DNA of 64,000 nucleotides from Perkinsus olseni (Eukaryota): NCBI GenBank assembly GCA_013115125.1, contig JABANN010000126.1, positions 1 to 64,000 of the forward strand, read 5' to 3'. Shown piece by piece: positions 1 to 12,900 of this stretch (position 1 is its first letter; each line of letters starts with the position of its first letter). The notes under the pieces were generated by a model. It saw only the letters and a program-made list of their open reading frames with translations, ran no database searches and was not told where the DNA came from. The position numbers and the translations under genes were made by a program.

Positions 1-102
1 CATGACCCACCAGTGGTGGGCCACCCGGGATGGAGTACAAAACCTGACCCCACCGCATTAACAGCTGCCCCCCCTCATGCCCCAGTGCCCCAGTTTTCCT
101 GG

Positions 103-910
103 TTACGCCCATGACTGTAGCATCATGTGTAACACACGATGCGATCAAAAGCTTCACGTCAGCGTCAACGTCGTCGTGAACTTCTGCGTTCATGACGCTC
201 ACCAAGCGGCTCTTTCGGCATGCAGAGAAAAACTACCTGGAGTTCGAAACGGTGAAAGCAAGGATGAGTACATGCATCCCAAGCCTTTCTGTAGGTCGTT
301 GACAACGACTCGTTGTTATTATCACTCGTCAAAGAACACACGAGACAACGCCCCCAAACGACACAATGGCCCGAAAAGATCAAGAGTACCGTGACTACTC
401 CAGGCGTAGTCTGATTCGGTGCGTGAGAGCGCCAAATTTCATCTATATTTCTCCATTCTACACTATAGCTTTCCTTTCAGCAAGAACGGCACGCATCGAT
501 TTTTCGCTGAGGCAGCGTTTTCAGATAACCAGATTGACGTGAGAAGGCAAACAGATGGGGCTGTCGAAGCGTCGGCTACTGCTATTGACGTTGAAGGCCG
601 AGAACAGCAAGATACGGAAGGGTTATAGAGCCAAGTCGAACGATTGCCAAGCCAGCACGGATGATCCACCCGGCGAATTGGGAAGATTGAGGCATGATAA
701 TATCATGATGATATCAGGATTTGTAATGAGCGAACAGACTGATCGGAACAGTGGAGGAGTGTACAGCAATAAGTAAGTCATCAGTAAGTTTCAGCAAGTC
801 GAAGTATCTTTCCGGATCTCAGCCGGTGGACTGGATATGCGTAGACTCTTGTGCCAGCATACCAAAAATTTCGGTATGCTATTTCGGTCCGAAATAGACT
901 GGTTCTGAGC
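103..910. repeat. Dispersed ~0.8-kb repeat, copy A (empty form)
   Basis: Colinear similarity to 7461-7522 plus 9135-9897. Shared anchors: actgtagcatcatgtgtaacacacg (114/7472), gtgactactccaggcg, cgaaatagactggttctgagc (ending 910/9897). Confidence 0.85.
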
Positions 911-1982
911 GAGCACTTTATACTGCGCATCCATCTGTATCAATTCGGCTGTTAAGGGCACCTCTACGTGGCCGGGCCACGGTGGCCCACTGGGTCAGGC
1001 CCAGTCAAGGTGCTGAAGTTAAGAACCTCACTCATTCTGTCGACAAAAGGCTGGAAAACTTTTTATCACATGTGGTGGACATATTAAAGCATGACCCTAT
1101 GCGTGATACATAGTAGCAGGTTCCTTTTAGCTGTTTTTGTTGCGTTGACTATCAAAATGGGACAGCACGCGATGGGTCTGTTCTCTCTGTATACGCTCAG
1201 CTTCCTGTCGAACCATCGTCATTCGGTGCAGTCTCACCGGACTTCTTTTCTTGACCATTCACCATTGTCTGCGCACCACGTGTAGTGTACTTGAAAAAAT
1301 CAATAGGGTAACTCGAGAGGAGATAGTAATGTTAGTAACAGCGAAAGACATACAGAGACAAATTGTGTGAGCTTAAGTAGGAAGGACTCCCTCAGGGTGA
1401 AAGGACCAAAAATTGATCTGGGCGGTCCCATTTAGCTCCACTCGCGGAGATTGGGCCGTCTTAGTACCAACTCGAGATTTCACCAATAGATAGGACATCG
1501 AGCATGAATACTCTAGCATATACAGTAGCAATCACATCATATTTGGTCGACCGATAGCTGGTGGCGACGACGTCCTGAAAACAAGTCCACCTAGAGTTGA
1601 CGATTAGTTCACACGCGACGCTCCTTGAGATCTCGCACCCTTTCTAGGGCGCCCAAAGGGGGTGCTGGCAGGATAAGTTACTCCGGCAGTGCTCGAGCCC
1701 ACTGGCCTCCAAGGTGGGGACGAAGAGTTCCCTTACATGGCTCGGAAGGCCACGGAGATGCCCGAAAAACTTGTCGGCGACAAGTTGTCGCTGTCGTCAT
1801 CAACAGGCCTTACGTAGCTGAGATTCTCAGCTACGTAAGGGCAGATTCTCAGCCTGACAACTGCATGGAGGCGCTCCTTCTGGAGCGCAGAAGGATAATT
1901 ACACGGTGTAACTCACCCCGGTTGAATCTGTGTACGACCTATCTTCGATTGCAATCATAGGCTGTCGGGCATTACGATGGTA

Positions 1983-2210
1983 TGTTACGGGATTCTGCGC
2001 ACATCCATGTGCTTGCGTGCAGCATAGGATCCATAGCTAATTGTTGTGGTTGTTGGTCGCCCTGCGCGCGCTGCCCTAACTCTACTCTACAGTCACTCCC
2101 CTAAGTCTCCGTAGCTCATCTACTTCTACGAGTTCACTAGTTATTGCGTTACCAAGTTCCAGTCGCTAGGCCTACACCCTCTACCGTTACATTCACTCAA
2201 ACCCGTTACA
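1983..2210. mobile_element. Putative solo LTR (228 bp)
   Basis: Starts TGTTACGGG and ends CCCGTTACA (TG...CA, near-perfect 9-bp inverted termini). Flanked by a 4-bp direct repeat GGTA at 1979-1982 and 2211-2214. Confidence 0.6.
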
Positions 2211-4630
2211 GGTAGACTGGGGCCTAGTCACTGGGCAGATGCGTGCTGACAGTTCTGGGAAACCGATACAGAGGTTGAGAGTGCGAGCAGTGTGTCACGC
2301 ACTGTGTGTGTCTGCTGTGAGATGCTTGTTATTCATCAGTGTCAGAGCTGGCAACCGGGCAGTAGCCTGCGCTCACTATCAACCATAAGTTGGTGGCCCC
2401 GCTGTTTGATAGTCCCATGCTATTAAGTAGCAGCTACCTGCACGCTAGCGAACTTCGCGATTGATTGCGCAAACCTTTGCGCGCTTTTAGCCCCTACGTG
2501 GTAACTGCACTCGCACAGATCCTCCTGCTGCGGGATTGCCATCATAACCTTCTGCAGTGTTCGTTTGTCACACGACGTGTGACGTACAAGATTCTGACAC
2601 CCATCCAATCGATTCTGCCACCCCTCCCTTCCCCACCGTAGGGTTCATGACTCGCCACGTGCCGTCAGTGAGCACCGCACGTGACTCATACGCGCAAGCT
2701 GATTCAGCTTTGTGAAATCCCAGCTAATAACAGACTGGCCTTTGCCTAATGCCTAGAAGCAACTATCACACTTAACTATATTCTTGGACCATGAAGCCAT
2801 TGCTCATTCTGACTATTCTGCTCCTGTGTGCATTTCTGCTCATTCTGCTCCTCTGACCATTGCTCATTCCTGTGTGCATTTCTTGCATTGCTTGCCTTCC
2901 GCAGTTCGTGAATCCCCTTTGTTGGCCTGCCTTTGTTCAATGCGGGGTGGATTGCGACTGCTGTGATTAACTCGAGCGGGAAAGCTTGTTGCCTTCTTAC
3001 GTTGTTGCCGAACAAGTCGCATTTATCACATTATTGATTCATTATTATCCGATGATGTCATTTGTGACCATTCAGTCGCTTACCCGCATCTGTTATTCCA
3101 CCATACGAGTACTCGCCAAAGTCGCATCCAGCTTGAGACTTCGACTTGCGCAAGTTCACCGAAGTTCAACCGTAGATGTCGGGCTTCACGCAGGAATTGG
3201 GCGAAGATGCCAGTGGTAATTCACTCGGGTCCTCTCAAATATATTGATCCGCTGCGAGTGATTTTCGGAGGCCTCACATCGGAAGGATCCATACCGCATC
3301 GCTGGCATAGGCTATACAGAACGTTTTAGGCATTGTGTGGCACGTGTGGCAAGGTATTCCATGATGAGCCTCCTTTCTTGCCGAGTTCATCACGGCATAT
3401 ATCGTGACTACGTTAGCAGCTAACGGTTAGTTGAGTGGATCCCCTTGTGTTGAGCCATTTGTTCACTCTGTCGCCGTGGCTGTTAGATCCAGGCCCTAGT
3501 AGTCGGCAAACTCAGTACATGTCGAGTAGGGAATAACAACGACCTCGCCGAAAATCACACCAATTTCGGATATCGTGTGAGTCACACGGTGTGGCCCGAC
3601 TCGGGGCGCCCGAGGGTGAGCTGGGTTCGGCTCAGCTTACATTTGCACCGTCTAGGTATCAATATTGCTCCACACACGATTGCTCCAAGGTGTGTCATCG
3701 CTAGAGTAGAGCACACCCATCATTTCTTATCGTCATCTTTTTATCCTTTTTTCCCTCTCGTCCGTCCCTATACGGATCCTGTTTGGTTGTTATCGCACAT
3801 TCGTACCGCATCTCACGTGAGGTTGTTGCGTCCCAAAAGGACACAAATGATGAAGTCTCGACAGTTGTGTAGATTGTCTCCTTTTTCCCCCATTTTGATG
3901 TCCTCGGGACACTCTGTGGGTGGCTTAAGTATCCTGACGCTAGTACGCTATCTGTGGATTCCGTCATTAATCATTAAGTAAAGCTGTGATTACGTATTAC
4001 ATTGGTGGTTATCATCTACCACCTATGTCGTTATATATAGTGGTAGAGAGTGGGTATTCTCTATCATTGTGGTTATTGATATTGTTATTACTACAAGTCT
4101 GGATCAGTGTTTCCAGTTGTTAATCTGGAAGACCGTGGAATATATTAACCGAAAGGGTTCACAGAAGGCGATCAACAAGGTCCTCAAGGACCGGGTTTTG
4201 GATGTTATAAGGAGCAGCTCCGTAGCTTCCTTAAGGAGCTAACGTTGAGACATCACGGTCCTTACTTTAGAAGGGAGCCTCAGTTCCTCGCGCTCCTAAG
4301 CCTCCTAAATCATGAGGAGAAGCTCCTTCCTTCTTATGAGGGCCTGTCGGTCTCTCCTGGGTAAAGGAAACCTATTGCCAAAATCGAGCTGTGAAGATGA
4401 GCTGCACCGGTCAAGTTGAATCAGGGTACTACTGCTGATTTTTCGCGCGAGCGAATGAACCGACCGACCAGTTAGTTAAGTGAGTAACGTTGGTATATTG
4501 AACATTGAGGGTAACGAGTCACTGATAACAGAACTCGAAACGACTACGTGGGAAATGAACATCAAAAGATGCTACAGCGGCCATTCAATCACCTAGAAGA
4601 CACCAAGCGCTGGAACCTCGAGACGTGCTT

Positions 4631-5849
4631 TCAATCTTCGCTACTCTCTACCACAATTTCTACGATATCTTCACCGCTCCGACTGCACAGGTAAGCAGAA
4701 TTATCGATGCAAACGATGTTCGAGAGAATCGACTCGCTCCTTATTGGAGAACGGCAGCCGCTGTGGTGGTGAGCAACGGAGGCCGCGTGAACAACAAAAG
4801 CCTTCGTCAAGGTTAGATCCAGTCGCATCACAAGCACGACCTCGCCAGGCTGGGCCACGCACACCAAGGCCTCTGCCGTGGACGACCATGACATGTCTGA
4901 GAGCCTCATCCTGCCTTCATGATAGCAGCAGCCATGCACCAACCAAACCACATCTAGCTGGGCCATCGATGGGATATGATAGAGCACGCCATAGAGATCC
5001 AGCGCGATCACTTCACCATCACACACCGAGGACATCTCGCGGAAGTCCAACACTTGCTGCTGCTGTTGTTGCTGCTTTCTTCGCGGTGTTATCGACAGTT
5101 TACAAGCGAGTTGGATTCGGTGGCTATACGGATTGATTTGCCAAAGACCATGTTCTTTACTTTCATAAGCATACACTGCGTCCTTCCACGCCCTCATCAG
5201 CATGGTGTGACGCACTGGGAACCTCGAGCCGGGGTTGATGAAGTCCATGTAGCCCGACTTCCGCACGTAAGCGTGGATGCCGGGGTTAGGCTCGCGGTAA
5301 AAGCAAATACGATCTCCAATGACACACAGGGACTTGGCCATCCAACAGTCCCAACGATTGCTGCCCTTGAAGACAGGCCGTCGCTCTAAGTCGGCCAAAC
5401 AGATGCTGTCGACTAAGTGATACCTGAGTGGTCATCAGAGAATGATCTCAACTCAAGGTTCGAGATTCGCAAATCGGGAGCTCGAGAACGCACCCTTCCA
5501 TATCCATGTAAGCGAGGAGAAGCTCGTGGCCGCTGCCGACTGCGATGGTTCGGCCGACCGTGTTGGGCGGCAGGGGTATACGGCGGCCCTCCCTGAACCC
5601 AGCGAGCCTCTGGTAACGACAGAAGTCCCAAATGGCGGAGGCCAGGCAAAGCGTTCCATCTTGAAGCAGTTTCCGTAATGCTAATATACGAAGGAGTGTG
5701 GTTCTTCGGCTACCTAACGTCCTCGAAGGGGACATGTTTTTCATGAACTGTCGAACACACGAAGAGATTGCTTCGAGCGGTTCATCGTGCTCCGTGACGC
5801 AAACCAAAATACTTGGGAGATTGGAAGCAGCAGAATTCATGATGTTCAC
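4631..5849 (-). CDS. Lineage-specific hypothetical protein (ORFs 5448-5849 and 4631-5398, probably joined by an intron or frameshift); contains a polyQ tract
   Basis: Long ORFs with protein-like composition. The N-terminal helix (ALRKLL...AIWDFC) loosely resembles that of the 62285-63349 protein. Junction not resolved. Confidence 0.45.
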
Positions 5850-7460
5850 ATATCATGACCGAAAATGATCTCCTCTACCTTCTCGATCTGCCGACTTAGA
5901 CTGCGAATTGCTTCTGTTACTATATGCAGTTCCCGATCGACAGCGGACCCCTTCGTCCACAGGAGAGGCTCCTGCTCCAGATGTAACTCGACACGAGACC
6001 TTCGCTCCACTAGGAGGTCCTGAAGAGTAGCACACTATTCAAAAAATTAATTCTGAAACTTCTCGGTTCTAGTAAAATCGATTCTAGATCTTTTACACCT
6101 AGACAACTCAACAGCAACCGTTTCGAGATGGCGACTCAAGATTAGGCTTTGAACTAACAATGGCTAACTCAACAGTGTTGAGTCAATACTGCAAAGACGT
6201 GTGAGTTCGAAGTCATATCTGGGCAGGGTGTTCCGTTTCCATTTTGAACAAGTGTTTCAATTGGAAATTTCCTGAAATCTCCGCAAGAAATTATGGCATC
6301 GGAAAAAAGCGAGATTTGCGGAAAGGAGAGATATCTATTGCGGAACGCGCAAGAAGAAAAACTTGAACAAGAGTGACTCCGAGTCACTGACTCGTAGCGT
6401 ACACATTCTCCGCCCACAGCTCCCGGACAACGACTTAAATGGGTTAGTCTCTCACGGTCTGCCCTTATTGTCCACCATACATCGATCAGTCGGCCGCGCG
6501 CTCATCAGTTACTGATGAACGGATTGCGGCCGAGAACTCGGAGTTCTGAACTCCGATGCCATCGGAACGATGGGCGTCAACGGTGACCGTTGAACGGTCG
6601 ACTGGTTTACCAACCTGGTTTACTAACCTTATCGGATTCCGATAATCGGAACCTTGAGGGTTCGAAAAGAGTCCCTGGGAGCTTCGGGCAAAGGGATTTC
6701 ACACGGTGGTACACTCGGTGTCTTCGAATTTTTCTTCTAGAAAAAGAAGTATCGAAGATACTTCTTTTAGACACTCTACCTAGGCGTCTTAACGGGCGAG
6801 GGCAAGTATTGGATGTTTTCGCCTGTCATCGCTGGGTGAGGAAGCTCTAGGTTAATCGACCATAGCATATGTGCACGCAGGGCACCCGAATCGAGAATCT
6901 CGTGAAGGGGTTTCAAGTGTTGGCTGATCGATGTTTCAAGATATTTTTGCTCATTCTCGTTTGCACTCTCTACATAACACAATCGAGCTGTGCTCATACT
7001 AGCTTCGCACCATCAATCCATTCTCTCAACTACTCCACGTTCTATCTGCTCTATCTCATCCACTGTGAGCCCAATCTACTTATGTTGTGTTCTATAACTC
7101 CATCTACTGCAACGAGATAGTGCAACGTAGCGGCTCCTTGTTCGAATCAAGCTGGTTGTCACTAATAGCTGGTTGGATACAAGAATACTGTTTGTCATTG
7201 TGAAGGTCTCCACCAAGGATGAATACGGTCGTTCTTAGAGCTCTCTATGCTCTGAGAGTATTGCTTCCTAATAGAGAGTCTCTATTGTAACTTTCACCAG
7301 GTCTACTCGGTCTCAGCGCCACAAACGAATGAGCAACGCATACGTAGTTCAAATGACCCACGAGTGTTGCACCATGCAACTTGCATGGTATTCTACCGGC
7401 CCCTTTTTCAGGCTGGAGAGACCCAGCGAGATCGAGATCCAGCGCGTGGAGTTGGAGAGT

Positions 7461-9897
7461 TTACGCTCTCTACTGTAGCATCATGTGTAACACACGTTGT
7501 GTTCAACAGCCCCACGCTTCACATTTTTCTTAGGAACCGGGGGGAAAACACCCCCCGCTGGTACTGGTAGTACTAGAGGGAAGGCCTCTTTACCCAGAAC
7601 AGGCGCCTAGCATCCTACGGTGTAGATGCGACCCTTTTAAACAAACGGCCGTGGTTGGCTTTAAACCACCCTCCGACGCCCGACATTACCGTGGCTCGGA
7701 GTATCCAAATGTTCTCCTCTACTTTAGTTACTCCTCGAATACAAGAACCAGGTCTTGATTAATCCTCCTCAATGGCAGATCAGGGTGGAAGATAAAATCC
7801 TGGACAAGGCAGCAACATTCAGAACTACATCCAGGAAGGGCAGAGAGCCAACCAGATCCGAGTTCCTAAGACCGCTGAAGAGGATGTCATCCTAGCGGCC
7901 GCCTTATACCCCGATTTGGAAAACAAGGACGAAACTGTGATGACTAATGTGGCCAGAGGCTGTAATACAGCCGCTGTATCGCCGATACAGTATCGGCATC
8001 TCCTTCTTCCTTTATGATATCTCCTCCACCCTTGACGATATCACAAGTATGGGAAATAAGCCAAGAGAATATGCGCCTCTTCAAGACATTCTCAGGAGTG
8101 TGGGAGACGAAATCGTTGCGAAGTTGATTCTTGAGGCTAAGGACAAGGACAAATACGTAGAGCCGATCCTCTTCCCAGAGTTCGCGGACGTAATAGTCCT
8201 TGCGGTAAATGCTCCGTATCTAGGGGCGCGTTCATCAAAGATAAGCCAAGGTGTGAAGCGTACACAGGTATAAAAGAGGCAGAATGCTGGTATGAAACGG
8301 ATCTACGGTATTACGCGTCAAGTTACGGATAATATTGTGGCACTAAGCAAGAAAATAGCCACTGAGATCGGGTCCTGTTCGGCTTATTTCCAGTCCTGGC
8401 AGGACTGTCCTGCGTGCGCTGGATACGTAAACCAAGGTCAAAGCCAGCCAATGCTCGCATCTCCTCGGCGCAGCGGGATGTCATCAGATTTGTAACATTC
8501 TCAGAGGATACCTTTGGAGGTCTGTTAGAGAAGTTTGGATTGGTGATCGAGTACGCAGTACTCCTATCGAATGACGCGAAGGGAGTTCCCGAGTTGCCTG
8601 TGTTAAGACGTTATAGACAGACTAGGCTCAGACGATCTGTCTAAGAAAGACCGTCTATCGCATTGATCGATCGAGAGATAACGCCTACCGGCAGTTGGAG
8701 CAAAGAAGCCCCGATCTTGTCACGCCTTTTCCGCTTTTTTGGCGGATTACCATCAGCTGACTTTTTCCTTTATGAGGGCACTGAAGGCGAAGACGAAGAC
8801 TCAATCAGGTCCGCGAAGAAGATTGCCGCCCTTTACTTAAGGAACGCCAGCAAGATTGACCAGTATGCTCGCCATAATGACATACCAACTATCCCTGAAT
8901 TAGGCAGTGAGGAGAAAAAGCACCTGATTAGGGAGCTAGAAGGCGAGGATGAAGAAGAGTGAGAGGTCTGTTCACTTATTTTACAGGCGCTTCCACCCTG
9001 AGACAGTATCTTCCTCAGATCCGTCTCCCCGCAGATGGAAAACTGCTGTCTGGTCTTCTCTGGACGTCGATGGCGGGGCGAAGCTCCGTTTACGCGAGCT
9101 CTCGTCTTTCCCATCGAGCTCTCGAACTCCGTTGGTCGTCGTGAATTTTTGCGTTCACGACCCTCACCGAGACGCTCCCTCGGCATGCAGGGAAAAACTA
9201 CCTGGAATTCGGAAAGGTGAAAGCGAGCCTCGCTTAGCGAGGATGAGCACATGCTTTCCAAGCCTTGACTGTAGGTCGTTGTTATTATCACTTGTCAAAG
9301 AGCATAAAAGACAACGCCTTGGAACGACACAATGGCCCGAAAAGATGAGGAGTACCGTGACTACTCCAGGCGCAGTCTGATTTGGTGTGTGAATATCATC
9401 TATATCTCTCCATTCTACACTAGCTTTCCTCCAAGGAAATTCCTTGCAGCGGTTGCAAATAGAAGAATATCACGTCGAACTCGGAAACGGCATGCATGGA
9501 TTTTTCGCTGAAGCAGCGTTTCCAGGTAACCAGATTGGAGTACGAAAGCAAACACAGGGGGTTGTTGAAGCATCGGCTACCCCTATTGACGTTGAAGGCT
9601 GAGGACAAGGAGATATGGTAGGGTTATAGAGCCAAATTGAACGATCGCCTGGCCAGCACGGATTATCTATCGGCAAAGTGGGAAGATTGAGGCATGATAT
9701 CAGGATTTGGAATTAGCCAACAGACTGTTCGGAACAGCGGAGGAGTACACGGCGATATGTACATCGTCAGTAAATTTCAGTGAGTCACAGCATATTTCCT
9801 GATATCGGCCGAAATTCGGCCGCCGAATAACAGTTATTCAATAACTGGATATGCGCTGACTTTTGTACCAGCATACCGAAATAGACTGGTTCTGAGC
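7461..9897. repeat. Dispersed repeat copy B, interrupted by a 1.6-kb segment (7523-9134)
   Basis: Homology to copy A stops after gcttcac (7522) and resumes at gtcgtcgtgaa (9135); copy A has only 12 bp between these anchors. Confidence 0.85.
7772..8962 (+). pseudogene. Decayed intronless ~395-aa ORF resembling a negative-strand RNA virus nucleoprotein (candidate endogenous viral element)
   Basis: Reconstructed across about 3 stops and 2 frameshifts. RISSAQRDVIRFV...LLEKFGLVIEY...EL...RPSIALID...APILSRLF aligns by eye with the paramyxovirus N core as recalled (RIAEMICDIDTYI...TIKFGIETMY...EL...APYMVILE...YPLLWSYA). Acidic C-terminal tail. Confidence 0.55.
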
Positions 9898-9929
9898 AAT
9901 CCCCAAAAAAATAAAATTGATGGCATATC

Positions 9930-12900
9930 CTGAGGGTCAGCAAACTAAACTGATCCCCCAATAGAAAGGTAGATCGGTGTTGGTTTAACTAAGTCGTACT
10001 GTCAGCGTTGGACTTCAAACTCACACACACGGGCAATCGAGTTCTGTGGCTTACCAAAGACATTCTCGTTCGGCCCCTGATGCGCTCGGCTGCAGTGTGA
10101 GCCATTTCCTCGAGGAGCTCCACCTGACAGGACGCAGCGCCAGGGAGACGATGAACGAGGGTAACCCACTAGATTTCGAAGTTCCTCGACTCTACGCCTC
10201 ATCGAAGCCACGACCCGCTGTTGTTTATAGGACTCCACTCGAGCCTTCTCGATCCTTGACAGAATCTCGAAAAGAATAACTTATCATCCAAGATTTTTCC
10301 GAAGCAGTTAATCAGAGTTTAAAGTACTTTCCCAAAAACAGTCAGAAAAATATCCGCGGTTATGGTCAGTGACGATAGAGGAGTCCTGTGAGTTGTTTCG
10401 TTCGGGGAACTTTCGCCCCTCGGTCCACCAGAACTCCCCAAGCGCTGTATGGTAGATGATATGATCCGTATAATTCGTACCATACGAGACGAGCAGCGAG
10501 CCACTCGTGGCAACAGCCCTTAACGGCCAAGCCGACAATACGTTATTTCCCTGTGCCCTTAAGCTGAGTCGCTTCGCTGTTGAGCGGTGGTGTTCCGTTT
10601 TCCCTAGACTAAAGAAGTTGTAAGCCCAATGCGAACCGAGCTCACTCTCTCCCATTGAGACTAATAAGTCGTCCATCGAACGACTGTGTGATTGGCCTAC
10701 GTTTGTTGTTGCAGCTGAACTACTGTCATTAACACGCCACAGAGGGATGAACTCAGCGGACTCGATTGACATGTTACGACACACTACCACAGTCCCCCTC
10801 CCGACCACTGTACTGAACTCAACGTTAATGATGATGAAAATGGAGAAATGAATAGCTGCATTCAGATCCATGCACGACGGAGCAGTTGCATAACAAGGAT
10901 AATATCGTCAGGTCGTCATCAACCGCCCGAAGTTGCCACAGCGTGGAACTGCTCCAGTCGTCGGAAACAAACTCGAAAGGCCTGAGGGCATCACTGACGC
11001 CCCTCATCTTTCTTTCTCTAATACCGGAATCTTGTCGATTCTTGATCGGGTAGTGGCCGCTGCTACGGCCAAGGCGCTGGCCAAAGTCTCGGACGCGTCG
11101 GAGTACTTCTCGCAGAGAGCCTTCAAGTCGAAGGGCGGCAGCACAGCAGCTCTTCTCTGACAGGCGAGAATCAACAGCCCCGACCAAAACGAGCTCACCC
11201 TCTCCTTAATTTCAGTCTGTGCAACCGTCCGAAGCATATCCAAGGTCACCGCGCGGTCAACACAAGTGAGCTCTTCGCCGTCCAGAGCAGAATCCTCACC
11301 GAGTAGGTAGGGTCTTGCCCATCGCCAACACGACGCCGTACTGCAGCAAAACCGATGCTGACAGACGGAAAGCTCTCAGCCTTACCTAATCACTTCAGGC
11401 GCCAATCGGACGAAGGGGACCACGGCTCTTCCTGTAGGGTTCTTCCCGAGCTTTTCAGGGCCGGGATTCCCGTCCGAGCCTCGAAACGGTGAGTAGGTCT
11501 CGATGAAGGCCTTCAGAGACGGCCAAGCTCGCACCTTCCCGCCGAAACAACTGCGCGGCACAGCAGCAATCAGGCGGTTACCACTTCTTCGGAGTTGTTA
11601 TTGATAACGTCATCAGCGAGGATATGCTTCGACACGATCCTGGCTATCGAGTCCTGCAGTTTCGGACAGGCCGAGTTGTCCCATAGCAACCACCACAGCC
11701 GTAAAGGCTCGCTCATGAATGGGGACCTGCCGGACGACGCTGAGCACTCCCTGTCCGTGAGATTGTGTCGGTCTCTACTGTATGTGCCAGTTTAATAAGC
11801 GAATGGCCCTCTGCGCATCTACTGCGTGTGATAGAGTTTATTGATGAATCATACTTCAGAAAAAAAGCAATGAAAACACAATGAGAGAGTTCCAATCGAC
11901 CAGCCGCCCTGATGTCGATACATTACACGATATGTATTGCATGAGCGAAGCTATTCTGAATTCATAATTTCTGGGTTGACCTGGGGACTGAAGACTGCGT
12001 GGAAGCTGCTGTTTCCACGGCCTTCCCAAACCTACGCGATTTGACTACCTACTATGCTGTGAACTGAGAAGGGGAAATGTCTTGGTTACAGAAGGAAAAG
12101 CTATGCTCGGAGATCTTCGATATAAATACTCCGCTATAGTATTCGTCTTCATTGAATGAAGACGATAACATAAAGAGGCGATAGGATCTCTTATGCCGTT
12201 GTTCGCGCTTGTCCCTTTGCGTGTAGACAGAGAGCCAGACTCGCTTTCCTTATCATCTCGTCTGCTGGTCGTGGCATTCCAAGTGGTCATAACAGTAAAG
12301 ATGAGCCCACCATCAGAAGCGCCTATGATCTGCGCTGCCATCCCACAGCGGCGGTCGGAATTAGTAAAAAACTATAGCAGTAATAATAATTGGCCGATCA
12401 GAACAGCCGTAACAGCGTCGTTGCTCACTCCTCAGATGCCATCTCCTCATCATTATCAAACAACACCTCCAGGAGCCGTCCAGCGGCGTTCTGGACCCTC
12501 ACGGTGGCGTCGTAGCAGCAGTCCAGCAGCATCGAGCACCACTCGTCACGGGTCTCCTCCGAGAAAAGGGCCACTCCAGAATCTTCCACGACCGTAGCCA
12601 TCGCGGTGAGACCAGCGGCTCTCACGGCTGACTCCGGATCTGAGGAGATTGCGACGCTTCTGAGGTCGAAGGAGGTGAAACACGGGTGCATAAGATACGT
12701 TTAGGGGCCCTACCGTTCTGGAGGCACTCGAACAACGCCCTTCTCGCCGCCTCACGCTGTGTTTCAGGAAGGACCTGTTAGAGGATTTAATGATGGCGTC
12801 ACGGAGAGTCGAACATGGGTCGGCACCACGTTATGTACGTAGACTAACGAACTGGACTGAGGAACTGCCTTCCAACTCCGTTCCTCACCTCAACCGAAAG

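Noticed and set aside
1-1005. TIRs around repeat copy A (tgaccc...gtgggccacc versus ggtggcccactgggtca)
   Set aside because: The match is gapped and the left end is cut by the window edge.
2388-3610. LTR plus primer-binding sites (TGGTGGCCCCGC at ~2391, TGGCCCGACTCGGGG at ~3592)
   Set aside because: No paired LTRs or gag-pol, and tRNA complementarity cannot be verified here.
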